Assembly: GCA_963924565.1 (NCBI GenBank)
Contig: OZ004610.1
Coordinates: 10,106,001 to 10,170,000 of the forward strand
Length of the DNA stretch: 64,000 bases
From: Ascidiella aspersa
Lineage: Eukaryota
Reading direction: 5' to 3'
Within the stretch, counting starts at the first letter, position 1; the number at the start of each line of letters is the position of its first letter. The position numbers and the translations under genes are program-made. The notes under the pieces are model-generated. The model did not search any database, had not been told where the DNA came from, and saw only the letters and a list, made by a program, of their open reading frames with translations. This document shows positions 50,701 to 64,000 of this stretch, piece after piece.

Positions 50701-53700
50701 CAGGGCTGCGGAGTCGGTTTAAAATACCCCGAATCCGACTTCGGTCAAGAAAATAAACCCTTATTCGAGTCACGTGTCCGGCTCTGACTCTATAGCCGGC
50801 ATTTCACTCCATTACGTAACGATTATAACTTGGATATTTAGCAATCCACTCATAGGAGTGTCATATAATTGATCCACACAAAAATATTCCAACATTTGTT
50901 ATTACACTTATACCATTACAATTAACTGCAATATGAGTATCAAAAGTTGGTAATGCGCATGCGTACGTCGGATTCGGGACTCGGGTAGCTTACGCAGTCT
51001 TACTCGAGTTACGAGTCTGACTCAAGCAAAACAACCCGACTCTGTCGAGTCCCGAGTCCGACTCCGACTACGCAGCCCTGCTATGTTTAAAATGCTTCAG
51101 TCGCTGACTTTTTAGGTTTGACCAGTGTTTCCCAACCTTTTTTTATACTAGTACCTCCTTAGGCTCCATAATATTGTATATCACCCGCAACCCCCTAAAT
51201 GAGAAAATTACTCAAAACAACCCATTTTAATTTGCCAACACCCGCAAGGGGGCGGTACCGGCCACATTGGGAACCGTGGTTGAGACTTTAAATGTGTATT
51301 TAAACATTGCAGTCGAGCAAACTGGACGAACGCGGCGTCAAACGCATCGCTTTGCTCGCAAAAATGTCCAGGTTCAGGAGCTTACGCAAACGGGGACCTG
51401 ATGTGTGGGGGGCCGAGCCACGTGTCGTTGTGGCGCACCCTAGTGGAGGAGAGCTGCGGTTCGGTCGGATTCCTCAAACCCGGCTCTGTGCCGCTGGTGG
51501 GACTGGTCAGCATGCCCGGATCGGGCAACTCGTGGCTACGGCATTTGATCGAGACCGGTATCGGGGCGTACACTGGCAGCGTGTACCACTCCATGTCAAT
51601 TACGCGCAAAGGTACGCTGCGTCGCTTTTCACCAATAATGATAACTTTGTTTCGTAAAAAGTGTGCCGAGATGTTTTTTCCGTTTCTTTGTGTATCGCAA
51701 GCGTAATCACGGCTCTAAGGAATCTAATAATACAACCATGAGTTGTTTAGTAACTGCAGACGTCTGCTAGTATAAAAATATTTTATTTTGTAATACGTGG
51801 TGAGTTTTTCTCACATCAGCGTTTTACGCTTTATTCAATGCAGGACGTCAGCTGTGTTTGCCACGGCGGTAACTGTTTGTTAAAACTCGAGGTTACGTTT
51901 TCGCTGACCAATGTTTTCTCGCATCCAGGCTCAATAAGAGTCAAAAATTAACCTCAATATTCAGCTTATCCTGTGGTTAATGCGCCATTGCTGGCCAGGT
52001 ATGTTCGGCGAAATGGAACCGGCTACTTCGAACCGCACACTAACCATCAAGGATCACGTGATCTACCGTGGCATCTCCGTCTACCCACACAAGTTCGACA
52101 AAATCATCTTGCTGCTTCGGAACCCTTACGACGCCATCATCGCCGAGTTCAATCGTCGCATGACCGGAAGTCAAACGGGCCACGTGAACTCCGACAAGTT
52201 TCAGTCGGCGCGTAAGACGTTTATAACTGAAGGTTGGGATAGAATGTCCCCTTTTACCAGTGCTGTAATAACTTAAGTCAATGGCATGAGTTAACTGCAC
52301 CTAAGTGATTGTTTTCAATTTGAGTGTTTTGTGCACAATTACTTGAGTTAACCTAGGTCTTTCCGACTAATGACTTGATTTGACTTAAGTCTTTTGGACA
52401 AATACCTTGGGTTGAAATTAGGTGTTTTTCTTAAGCATGTTTGCTATAAAATTGAGCTATTTACCCTAATTTTTGCACATAAAATAATTTGCTTGCTATA
52501 TATTGCGTTTTTCTTGTTTTTTAGTTTAGTTGTTGTTTATAATCGTACGACTTTAACAGTTTCCAATTGTTTAACTTTTTTTTGTATGACAAGGACGTGA
52601 TTTGAAATTGACTGGCTGAAATTGTGAATTGACTTGGACAACTGATGACTTTGACTGAGACTTGACTTATTCAAAAAGACTTAACTTTGACTTAAGATAT
52701 TTTACAAATGACTTGACTGGGACTTAAGTCGTTTTACAATGACTTGTTTAAAACACTGCCTTTTATTCTTTTTTGGTCAACTTTTTGTGTATCGTACAGC
52801 TTCACACATATTTATAGAGAAAAACTAAACTCTAAACGTATTCCAAAGCTCGTCATGAGCGATCACCACAAAAAGGTTTTATATTGTCACCACAAATACC
52901 AACTTTCGTGATGTTAAGATAAAAATATATTTCGGACAGTCATTGCTTTTTATTGGTATTGGGGGACTAAATAAATTTATTTAAGGGATTAAACTATCTA
53001 GTATTATTGGCACAGATTTATAGAATAAATGTCAGGGTAAGGACCAGGGTCACGGCATAATTATTTGTACCCTTTTGGCAAATGCCATATACCTGGAACA
53101 AATCTAATCAAAGTAAATTTACTCACTGCATGATACGTGCGTTAAACAGCGATGAGCAGCATTTTTAATTTTTGAAATGTAAAAGCCTTTTTCTGTATTT
53201 CCAACAAGACTTGAACTTCAACATTTTAACATATGTTATTACACACCTTTACAAACATATTGCTGAATAAATTTATTGGTAACAATTTAGTTAACATATT
53301 TTCATCTTTCGTTTTACTATCTGGTACTCTTTCCAGTTGCACCCTTTTTCGAGGTTCAAATTTCGCAGGTTGGTACGGCTACCTGAAGTGGATCATCTCG
53401 GGCTACGAGAAGGTCTACCGTGAAGTGCTGACCGGTCCACACCCCATGCTGGTCATCACCTACGACGACCTGAAACGGAGCGAGGCCGAGCAGCTGTACA
53501 GGATCCTGGATTTTGTGGGCTACCAGCCGGCCAACCTCCAGCGGAGGCTGGCTTGCCTTAAACGGAACAGTGAGGGACGGTTTAAGAGAAAGGCCAGAGA
53601 AGCGACCCCGGACCCGTACACCTACAAGGACGTACGCTCAATCGATAAGCTTATCGCTTTACTGAGATCTGGCTTAGCGGCGCGCGGCTTCGGAAGGCTA

Positions 53701-53745
53701 CCAAAGTGGGAGCGAACTTCATCTGAATGTGGCGATTGTCTTTAA
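47739..53745 (+). CDS. WSCD: WSC-domain-containing sulfotransferase (WSCD1/2-like); first exon uncertain
   Basis: In-frame exons 48041-48136, 48490-48607, 48751-48935, 49274-49472, 51313-51611, 51999-52211, 53369-53745. Two WSC domains (YLGC...C...C...CYC...C..PCPG...CG); PAPS motifs SMPGSGNSWLRHLIE and LLRNPYDAIIAEFNR. Candidate signal-anchor exon 47739-47866 is out of phase. Confidence 0.85.
49861..50283. repeat. Repeat with AATGTG(C/T)GCAC-type ends and a pyrimidine-rich aactcttcc core; related copy at ~54236-54510
   Basis: Multiple aatgtgcgcac/aatgtgtgcac motifs flank ~280 bp of C/T-rich degenerate short repeats. Confidence 0.65.
50701..51080. mobile_element. MITE with CAGGGCTGCG termini and gagtc/gactc subterminal repeats
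   Basis: cagggctgcggagtcgg / ccgactacgcagccctg. Confidence 0.8.
52258..52758. mobile_element. hAT MITE with GACTT subterminal repeats
   Basis: cagtgctgta / taaaacactg ends; TSD ccttttac/ccttttat; many tgactt repeats. Confidence 0.75.
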
Positions 53746-55573
53746 CACTTTTGGAGGACCATCAAGTTTAGCTAACTGGTCATGGAAGGATAAAAAGGCT
53801 TTGTCTATACGTTACCATTCTTGACTTGAATTCCAGTAATATAATGATCAGCGTTTTATGGAAGAGGTTGCATTCTATATGTAACTGCTCATTTCATGAA
53901 TAATTTTACGGAATAAATTTATGTTATTAATTAATTACAAGATATATATTTTTTTTAACTATAGTGGAAACATAAAATTACCTGATACATCCTAAAAGAT
54001 TTAGACACATTTTAAAATGTTTCCTGGAAGATATAGAAGGAATATGCTATACACCCTATGTTATTTCGTTATTAAATAACCGTGAGTTCGTAAAGTTGTT
54101 GATGTTCTGGTTCTATATAAACATCTAACATAGAAAGCTAAACGTAGCTCCGTAAAACCTTGCCTATAATAGAGAAGTGCTCCGCAACCGGTGTGTTAAA
54201 ACCATGCCAGGTGTGCCAGACGGAGATGCGAGCGTTTTTTGCACAATGTGCGCAAAATGTGTGCACGCGAAAGTGAAAAATCTACACACATTTTCTCTTC
54301 TCTTTTAACTCTAATCCTTAGATACTTTTTTTAAGTCTTTCTTTTACAATTCTTTCAAACATTCATACAAATCTTTTTCCAATTCTTCCTCCAAATCACA
54401 TTGTGAAACCCTTTTACCTCTAACTATCTGAATCTAACTCTTTTAACTCTAACTCTTCCAAACATCAGTAAAAATGTGCACGTTCTGGAAAAATGTACGC
54501 AATGTGCAAAACATGCCATTGAGGTGTGCCGCGATGTGACCAGACATTTTCACTTGCACTTTTTTTCCAAACGCACTGTCTAAAATTTCGTACTAATTAT
54601 CAAAAAAGTACCGTATAGCTTTAACAGGCATTTCGATTTTATGCAATAATTCTGGTAACGTCCCTTCCTTATGTAGCTAGTTCTGGTAAACTTTCTTTCG
54701 ATTATAAAAAAAATTTAAAACTGTGTTGCTTTCAATCGCAAAAGTAGTAAATTTGGAGTAAATTTTAAAACAAACTCAACTTCCAGGCCATGAGCGCATC
54801 CAAACTACACAACAACGCTTTACCATTTTTATACTGAAGCGGAACCCCGGGGACATTATCCATACACTCAAAGTCCAAGCAAATATAAAGAATAGGTAAG
54901 GTAACCCAGGCAAGTTCCATGACTTTGCGCAGCTTGTTTTAGTACACAGCCCCTTAAATGAGAAGAGAGGTGAATATAATACATCAAAGCATTCTATATT
55001 GATCCTCGGTTGCATTGGATATTATCCCACGAGTTTATCGTCGTTTTAGTTTTTTGTCTAGGCGTGCCGCAAAGCATTTAAACTTTGTTGGTGTACCAAA
55101 AGCTGCAGAGCACTGTGATAGATGAGACATGATCTCGCATAACTTCGAACTGCTAAGATCCTTTCGAGGGATACAAAAAGTGAGGTTAGCTTATCGACAT
55201 GGTTTTTACATTATAGCTTCCGATATGTATTTTTTTTTTAATAAAAAACTGTTTCTATACCATATTGATTCTTTTCTTATAACGACAAAACAGTTAATAT
55301 ACAAACTACTAGAATTACATCTTTTTATTGCTACGTTACACGAATTGTATTGAAACCAAGCTGTCGCGGCCGAAGTGCAAAAGTAGGGTATAGGTAAAAA
55401 ATGCTTCGAGGCGTTTATGTTAGGCTAAAAAATCTCACAAGCTAAGGCGAAAAACTCATAACAAAATAGGAATTATCGCATACTGTAAGTCCACCATACC
55501 CAATCGAAAATAGCAATACATATCAGAATAAAAACGTTGCAACATTACAGCATAACATCGAGGTATATGTGAC

Positions 55574-58500
55574 TTAGGTGTGCAAGTGCTTTCGCCAAAC
55601 ATAACAGCCAATGGCAAGCACAAGCGTTCCAGCACCGAGAGTAGCTCCTCCGAAAACAAATGACATGTGATATGTGTGCGTGATGTCGAAGATCAGGCCA
55701 CCTATAGTGGGGCCAACCAAAGCCCCAACGCCGTCGAAGAACTCCAAAAATCCGAAGGCGGCACCCAGGCACCGGTCGCCTGCGCAATTAAAGTGCTATT
55801 TTAACCAACAAAACTATCTCACTTCATATGATATAATCTTTTTGAACGGCTTGCTGCTAATGGCGTTAATTGGTGCTTGCAATTAAGCCTTGAAGTCCAC
55901 TCGGGCATATAGGCTACTGGGATCTAGCCCTGCTGACACAGTGCAGTAAGACTTTGAAGCAATTGTTTTCTTGCAAGGAGTACTTGCATTATAATCCATA
56001 TTAGGCGAACTAATTTCGGTAATAGCCGTTCAAAAGGAACCCAATATATTAGTTCGTACTTCTTTTAAAATCTTCAGCCAGTATTGTAAAAGTCAACAAA
56101 TTTACGGCTCTTTTGCGTGTAAGGCCGCTAGTAGTCTATACTCACAGCATTAAAAGTAATATATAGCCTATAATACGGGCAAAACCCACCGAACATTTGA
56201 GCCAGTACGAGGGGGTAGAGCGACCAGGCGCCAAAGGCCAGCCCGACCGCCACGCTGTACGACATTTGCAGCGCAAAAGTGGTGGCAAGAGGGCTGAGCA
56301 GGGTCAAGGCCGATGCAGCGATCCGAAGCCATATAAAGAAGGTGATCGGATTGATCCAGGGGAAAATGTTGGTGATCGACCCCCACGAAAATCGTCCCAC
56401 CAGGTTAGCGAGGCCGATCGCGGACAAGAACACGGCACCTTTATGCGTCAAAGCAATGCGGTAAAACAAAACTCACTTGCCATTCCTAAATTCGAAAAGT
56501 CGATATTCGACGCAAAACGGTGATTTCTGTATTTTTATGTCAAGCAACTGTTTGATACAGGTTTAAGCAAAGCCTTTAAAAATCGATGGATATCATTGAT
56601 TGTCAAATAAGATGAAAGATTTTCATATGCAGTTTTATTTTTTACACTTTTTGCAAACGCAGGTTTTTCTGCAAATCATTTAATTCCCCCTTTTTTTAAG
56701 TGCCGCAAAAACGATACAAATTTGTTTGGCGGCGATATACGTTGAATGACAGCAAAATAAATAAACATATTTTGGGCTGAAAGGGTTATTTTGTGTCAAA
56801 GAGTGAAGAATGGTAAAAGAAATAGGCGGCTGTGGTATCACATTACCTATCAGTAAACATTACCTTGATCTTTCGAGAAACCGAAGTCGTTAACCACTCT
56901 GCTTGGAGTGAGTCCGTAAACAATCATCATGCCGATGAACATTGTTAAATTGTTTACCACCATGAGGTAGAATAAGGGGTGCTTCATAACAAAGCGCAGT
57001 TGGTCGGAGAAAGACATCTTCTTATACGAAATTTTGGTGGCAATCGTACAACGACTGGCAGTTATTACGTCACCATACGATGACGTCAACTGATTCACTT
57101 GGCTTGCGTTAAGTTCCTAAAAGAAAAACGTATAGTACAGCCTGCACAACATACGGCCACTTGGCGTTCGCGACCTAAATGCGGCCCGTGACGTAACAAT
57201 ATTTTCCGTTTGTCAATTAAGTTTAAAAAAGTACCGATTTATTTAACTTCAAGGCAGACTTTTTTAACTTGGCGATATATTTTTATATGTAGCAAGGATT
57301 CGGAGCCTATCGCTCGCGAGCCTTGTTGTCGCTTGTTTGAAGACGTCATTGACTCGCAGACAAAAGAATCTGGCCTTTATTGGCACGATTGTTACAAATA
57401 TTTGTTTTCTGTAATATTGTATAACGTAACAATTCATTCGTAAAAATCGTTTCAAAAGTGACAGGCGTTATTTTCAGTCGCTTATACTGGTTTACCAGGA
57501 TTTCTGTTGGTCGAATTTTTTGTTTTAATTCTAAATATTTAATATTGTGGAATCACATGCGCGAGTGTCGTGCGTTTACTGGCAATCTGTAGTAAAATAT
57601 TTTCCAACTTGCTTTTGATGTCTCTTTAATATGTACAAATCATCAAGAAATTATAACGGCCTTATTAAGATCACAATTTTTGCCAACCTAAAATGGTTTA
57701 CAATACAACGGTTGAATCAACATTAATATGCGGGCCGCGAAAAAATCGTTTTTCTTTAAGCGCCCCTTGAACAATTTTCAGGTGTGAAGGCCTGGTAAAG
57801 TAGAATATATTTGCTCTTTGGATAGAAAGTTAGAATTGTTTAAAGACCAACCTTGCAAGTTGGCAAACATTATTCAAGCAACAAAATTAAATTAGCAAGC
57901 GGTTCGGGCTCCGTCAAGCTGTTTTCGAATACAGTGCTTAGCCCCAGTGAATGCCGACAAAACACGACTTGCAAAGCCTTTTGGTCATAGGTAAACAAAC
58001 CGTTCTAACGGCACCGAAGTCGGAAGCTCTTACGTATAAAAACAAACCTCGTATGATTTCTCGAGCACGCTCTCTAGCATCGCGTTGTGGGGCGTCACGT
58101 CCATGACGTCATCTGGGGGTGGCATCTCGGAAACGGAGACGGCGATGGAAGACTTTCGTCTCATCCAGGGGTGCCGGACGAGATTTCGGACGAGCGAAAA
58201 TCCACTTTTTCTCCTTTCTCTGCTTGCGATTCTCTGTTTGAACTCTTCCTCGAGCGCTAAATCACCTTTTTCAGTTAAGTCGTCGAAAACCTTCGGTTCA
58301 TCGGCGAAGCAGTCCTGCTGGTCGGTTTCGTCGGAGGCCAGCGCGAATTTTCGCTGGTTTCTGTTAATGTCGTGATTAAGTGACACGTTCTTGGCCGGAT
58401 CGAAGTGCGACAGTGGAAAAAGCGCCGCGGCTACGACCACCATGTTGGCCATGATGGCGGAAAGGATCAGCATCGATCCCCGCCACCCGTACAAGTCCTT

Positions 58501-61500
58501 TGGAGAGAAGTGAGAAAATAGCGAGCGGTAGTGAGGCTAGGTTAGTTTCAAAATGTTGCGGCCGCGCCAACAACTGTATGTACTATGTTTATAGGCCAGT
58601 TCGCCATTGCAGTTTACTTGCTGCTTCTATAGTTGTTGTTGTTGTTATCTGCGATATCCTGTTGCCAGCTCAGTGGCACTAACTGACCCACGTCATCCAC
58701 TTTGTATCGGTATAAACATTATTTATGAGCTTACGGCAATTAGCAGCTAAGTGATACGGATGTCACTAACATAGTATAAATATCTCATAGCTATACGATT
58801 GGTATGTTACGGCAGAAGTCTATTTGGTCACCAAATCAAACATATAACAACACTAAAAAGATACTTAATGCGGTCTAATAAGTTTTGGTATAACACTTTT
58901 AACAGACACTTGTATGTACCAAAGTAATAATACACATAACGACAAGAAGTAATATAAATGGCTAACGCTTTTTAACTTTCAACAATTCAAATTTTTTTCA
59001 CGGGAATTACAAGAAGGAAAACAAACTATACCTGTAGATATTCGATGATAAACGGAAAGATAAAAGATCCGACTCCGATTCCACTGCTTGCCACACCCAG
59101 AGCCAGGGGTCGCCGAACCTTGAAATATTCGCTCAGGACGATGATTGACGGCACATAGCAAAACCCGATGCCGATTCCTGAATGTCACGAACACAAATAA
59201 CGTGTGTTTTTTTAGCCTGAATACCCAGAAGTGTTAACTTGCAGTTAGATTTCTGAAGCGCATAAAACACACGTATTTTCACCGCCACGTTTAATGTAGA
59301 TTGACTGGTTTTAACCGGTAAACATCACGCCACTCTGGGGGCATTATGACGTAACACGTAAGCTAAACGTAAACAACATGACAAAGTTTAACGCATAAGG
59401 AAAAGTTACACGGTTAGATACTAATTTGTGACACTTAACAATAGTTCGTTTTATGTATATGCCCTACTCAATATTTGCATCCGCGAAAAAAACGGTTTGT
59501 GGGTATCAACACATTGTAGCTGCTCGATTTTTATAACGTTTCGCTATTTGTTTACTGTGTAAATGTGTAAATCGCAGACCTTGTTCAGGATATAACCTAA
59601 TGAACAAGAGAAATAAGCCTCGTTTATCACAAGGCTTTACCGTTGAAGATACACTTCAAGCAAAGTTTGGTAACATTCAACTAATAACAGTCTTTCACCC
59701 TGTCGCCCATTATCAAATTTACAAAACTAATAGCATTATTTGGTTGCAAAAATCGCGTTTGAAAAGTATGAGCAGTTTTAGGAAAATAGACTGATGGAGT
59801 GATGGCCTTTACTACTTTGGGGAAAAATTAATATTTGATAATATTTTGTGCTAACAGTATTGTACAGCGATATTGTCTGTTATCACGTTTATTCGTATAG
59901 TTTATTTTTTGTATGTTGAAAACAGTTGTAAGCATTGTTGTTTATCCACTTAGTCTTATACAATCTGTTTTTATAACTTAACAATGTTTTATTTATTAAA
60001 ATGCCTGCATTCTTGCCAAATAGGCCTAGGACTACATCAACAGTCTATTTTGAATACGACTTTCAAGTTTGTTTATGTTTCTTGATACACTTCTGTCCTA
60101 ATTGTGTTTCTTGGATTACATTACAGTAACATTCCAGTTATGTTCGCATCCCACTTAAAAGTGCGGAAAATAATATCACAAAATGTAGGTTAAAATTTTT
60201 CAGCAATTTATTGATACTTACAAATATTCAAACATTTCGACGAAAGTTTTTCTTGATTTAAACTATCAGATTTAACCTCTCGATTTTCGCTTTCGGATTT
60301 TTCGGATTTAACTGCAATGTCAATAGTGCATCGTTACAATTTGGCGTCCAACGTACAAAACTAACTTCCTCACAGCAAAAGACACAAATTATGTGTTAAC
60401 GAGTGTTTTGAGCCGCCGGTTAGTAAGCAGGGTATTTAGCAAAAATTTGGTGGACGAGATGTCGGTTCGTAATACCAAAAGACGACCAAATGGGCTCGTG
60501 CGACATAAAAGCAAGCTCGCTGAGTTTAGCGAGGTGTGTTTATAATGCCGCCCTAGGCTATTTATTTCTGCAAACGCACATGTTTAGTGTTGAAATTTAC
60601 CGTATTAAAGAGTTATAACATCCTTCAAATAATATAAAATATGACATATCATATTTTAACCAGCAGTTGTTGATTTTAACACCTGCGCAGTAAACTGCTT
60701 TGAACTATTCGACAGCAGGTGTGAACATGGCAAAAAATAGTTGTCATTGAAGGTAAATACGCGATGCTGCAGGGCGAATATAACACCGCTAGATAGTAAG
60801 TGACCGTATTATGTGTGCAACGACGGAACGAAGTTGTTTTTTAGCCTGCTTGGTACTTTGAGCGATGCGTCGCCCAAGTTAGTTTGCTGCTCTGCGAAAC
60901 GTTAAGCCGCAAAGTGGCTTTTGCGACAACTGGCATTTACGCGCACTGAGTTGTCGCAATTGCGCTTGCGTCAGCTGCCGATACGAGCAAACACAAACAC
61001 CATGACGATTTTGAGGAAGCGGGCGTAGGTTGCCTGCCAGGATAACGTGTTGTGTTTCCTACGTTGGAGTTTATGTTTCGTTTGACCGTTTTGATGATCG
61101 TGCTATCCTTGTAACGTTGTTGGTAAACCCAATGCCACCACTAACTTGCAAATTTACGGCCGGGCAGTAGCAACTTGTTTGCCTTTCCCAGCTGATGGTT
61201 TCTAAACTGTTCGGCTCGCGTCAAGTCATAACAATAACAAACCGTGGTGACTCACCGCCCATCACTCCATAAAAGACGAAAAGTTGGACAAGTGAAGTGG
61301 CGAACGACGATAGAAACACGCCAACCGACACAACGATGCCCCCGATGAGGTGGCAGCCTCTGCAACCGAGCCTGTGCTGGATGAAACTCCCCAGAGGCGC
61401 TGAATTAAAGTACAACTTTGTTTTCCCTGGCCCTGGAGATCACTTTGTTAGCAAAGTTCCCGTCAGGCGATTTAACGGTGTTTAACGTTTTATAATGGAG

Positions 61501-62120
61501 CCTATAGCCACAACAGGTTCGACCAACCAATATCCCCACTACATGTTTATTTAAAAATGAAAAAAAATGTTTTCAAGCTAATTCTTCCAACGCCTGCAAT
61601 TAAAAAAGTATTGGGTCACACACCGTTTAAGCACCACAGCCTAACCAGGAAAAGATTATTTGAATAAGAATAAGTAAGCCGCAGTGATCCCAAAGAATTT
61701 CGTTTGAAACCCGTTTACATCATCCTTTAATAAAAATATATAAGAGTTAAAAAAACGCTTAAGCCGAAAGCAAAGGTTTATGCACGTTGAGCACGTACTG
61801 TAAGACCGCAAAGGCGTAAACAAAACCCACGGTAATTTGAGCTGGAGGGCTTTTTTAAACTGCAAAGTATCTGATGGTGGTTTACGTCTATAGGGCTTAC
61901 CTGACATCGAGGCGAAAGCTGACGAAGTGCTGCCGACCATTGACGTCAGAGCGGCCGACGAGTTGAACTCATTTATCCACGCTTGGGTGAAGACGCCGTA
62001 GGCAAAGTACGAGGCGGCGAGCAGCATATGGCTGATGAAGGACGCAACGACCACCGCCCAACCCCATCCGCCGTCCAATGCAGTCGGGTGCCTTGAGTTA
62101 GTTTTCTTGCGCTGCTGCAT
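55574..62120 (-). CDS. SLC16A: SLC16/monocarboxylate transporter family MFS protein, 7 exons, ~555 aa
   Basis: Exons 62120-61901, 61399-61256, 59177-59032, 58497-58048, 57116-56864, 56438-56190, 55779-55574 join in frame. Motifs DGGWGW.VV.ASF, EYFKVRRPLALG, YGWRGSMLI, LVGPTIGG.IFD.T..Y. Confidence 0.92.
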
Positions 62121-64000
62121 TTCTCCCTACTGTTGCTTTGGCTGCTACTTGTGCTGTTGGCAAATGTGCAGTCGATTTACACGCGTTCTTAGCTGTACAC
62201 GGACATGCGCCTTGCTCGGCTCCTACCTACTGTTACACGATAAAAACAAAGAGCCACACTTTTAAAACAGTATTTGGTTGTAGATATAGTAGTTTAAAAG
62301 CTTTGCTCGCCTTGGATGAAAACGATTTAAAAACAAACGTGAAATTTAAACGGATAGTGCAACTATCTTAACACGTTCGTAATAATAAAATGTTGTTTTA
62401 CTCCTAAAGAGGGGCTACAAATTAAAAACAACACAGTTAACACTTTAATGTCAAACTGCAGTTTAACAAACTTCCAATACAACTACATTTTTCCCGACAT
62501 TGGCTTCATCAGTAAAACTTTATTTTACTATCCTCCGATTTCTCTCTTTCAAAAACTCAACCTTTCAAAAGCAATTTGCAATCCGACGAAGTGTTATAAA
62601 AAAGCGCAGTTATAAAATAACGGGAGGTGTTGCGCGCTAAACATTTACGAACTGGCCTGAACTAAAGTAATCGCTGTATAACTCTGCACAACCCGGTGAA
62701 ATCAGGTTTCTATCAACAACAACCGCGTTTCAGACTGACGCAAATTATTTGAAGTCAATCGAGCACGTCCAAAAGCGCAGCGACTTTGGTGCAGCTCAAC
62801 AAAATCCGGATTCTTAGCTGAGTTTCAATTTTGTTCATTCAACAACACGCTTCTGCTTTGCCGACAACATCCCTTCTGTCCATCGAATAACAAAACAGCA
62901 CGCTCGCCGCGGCAGACGATATGCTTTTTACAGTTGAAGGGCGGATTAGTTAGCTCTCGCTTAGAATTTCGACTGAACGCGGCTCGCCTGATGATAAAAA
63001 TTTGATGCGTTGATTTTGCGTGACGCGCCAAGACCTTGGTATACAACGTGTTCGTATCACTTTAACTAAAAGTAGTTGCCCAAAAGCTAGAACTGATGGG
63101 AAGACGTTTATACTTTGTTATGGTGTAGGCAAAATAAAAACATTGTCGCCGTCAGGGTGGTTAATCGTGTGTTAGTAAACAACAGCTGACGTAAGTAAGA
63201 AAGCATTGTTTTTAAGAGATAAATTACGAAAGTCCCAAATCACTTCCGCAACGACAAACCGTGACGCATCTTTTTGTGTACAACAGCCTTATCGACACAC
63301 AGTGTCGTTGATGTGCTTCAGTAGTTGATGACCAGGCACGCGCGGCGAAGCTTTTTGTTTATCAAAAGCAAATCGGGGAGAACATAGCTGCAATGGCTGT
63401 TTTTCGGCGCAGTACGTTTTAAACTAACGGATGCGATTGATATCACCAGAGGCCTTTGCCGATTGTAACTCAACGGCGGGAAGCCTCTATTTACATGTAA
63501 ACCAGTAGCGGCGAAATGTCCGTTGATTGACACTGCTATAACCCCATGTTCGCTGTTTAGCCTGATATGATGTGTTGCGTTGGTAGTCGACTGCAAGTTT
63601 TCCACGCCATTTTATTGGTTTGGCAACATTTGGCAAAAGGGTCAAACCTCACAGGAAGTAGATGTCGTATCTGATCGTTGCGATTCCCTTAATTTGTAAG
63701 AACTGTACGCGCTGTTTTACTATGCGCGGTAAGTATTTGCGGTTACTGTAAAAAATTAATGAGCTACAAATAATTTATAAATGACTTTGCTATGAACGTT
63801 CGAAAGCCGCAAAGTGATTATATAAGTCACATACCGAATGGTGGCAATGACGATGCTGTAAAAATCCACTAAAATCTTCACGTATAGACGTATTGCCATT
63901 TGCCCGCATTCAAAAAAACATGTCGGAGATTCATGGTGTTTTTTTTGTCTATATCTTGCATCAATGAATTTGCTCTGATATGTTTTGCTATACAAGCAAA

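Noticed and set aside
63318-63605. 95-aa minus-strand ORF and other short non-ATG or antisense ORFs in the track
   Set aside because: No recognisable domains or splice-compatible partners; consistent with chance or shadow ORFs.
1-64000. tRNA, rRNA, CRISPR arrays, autonomous transposase or RT ORFs
   Set aside because: None recognised by eye; tRNAscan-SE and Infernal were not run.

Overview
AT-rich, intron-containing animal DNA, most likely an ascidian/tunicate (inferred from vertebrate-type claudin exons, compact introns, patchy CpG depletion and dense hAT MITEs). Seven protein-coding loci were reconstructed by hand with splice phases checked: (1) a PMP22/EMP-like tetraspan (+, 684-3428); (2) an LDLa-domain type I membrane protein missed by the ORF track (+, 6190-8936); (3) a claudin locus (-, 27973-13556); (4) Inturned with an intronless CDS (+, 18412-20916), nested antisense inside the claudin locus; (5) PLEKHM2/SKIP (+, 37443-45730); (6) a WSCD-like WSC-domain sulfotransferase (+, ~47739-53745); (7) an SLC16/MCT transporter (-, 62120-55574). 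The main observation is the claudin locus. Four tandem first coding exons (TM1+ECL1), each ending in a phase-1 GT donor, can all splice in frame to a single pair of constant exons, a protocadherin/UGT1A-like variable-constant design. One variable exon lacks the claudin ECL1 signature altogether. Also present: an inverted pair of Penelope-type minimal hammerhead motifs, many MITEs (several with 8-bp TSDs) and a 149-nt assembly gap. All gene models are predictions from sequence alone.
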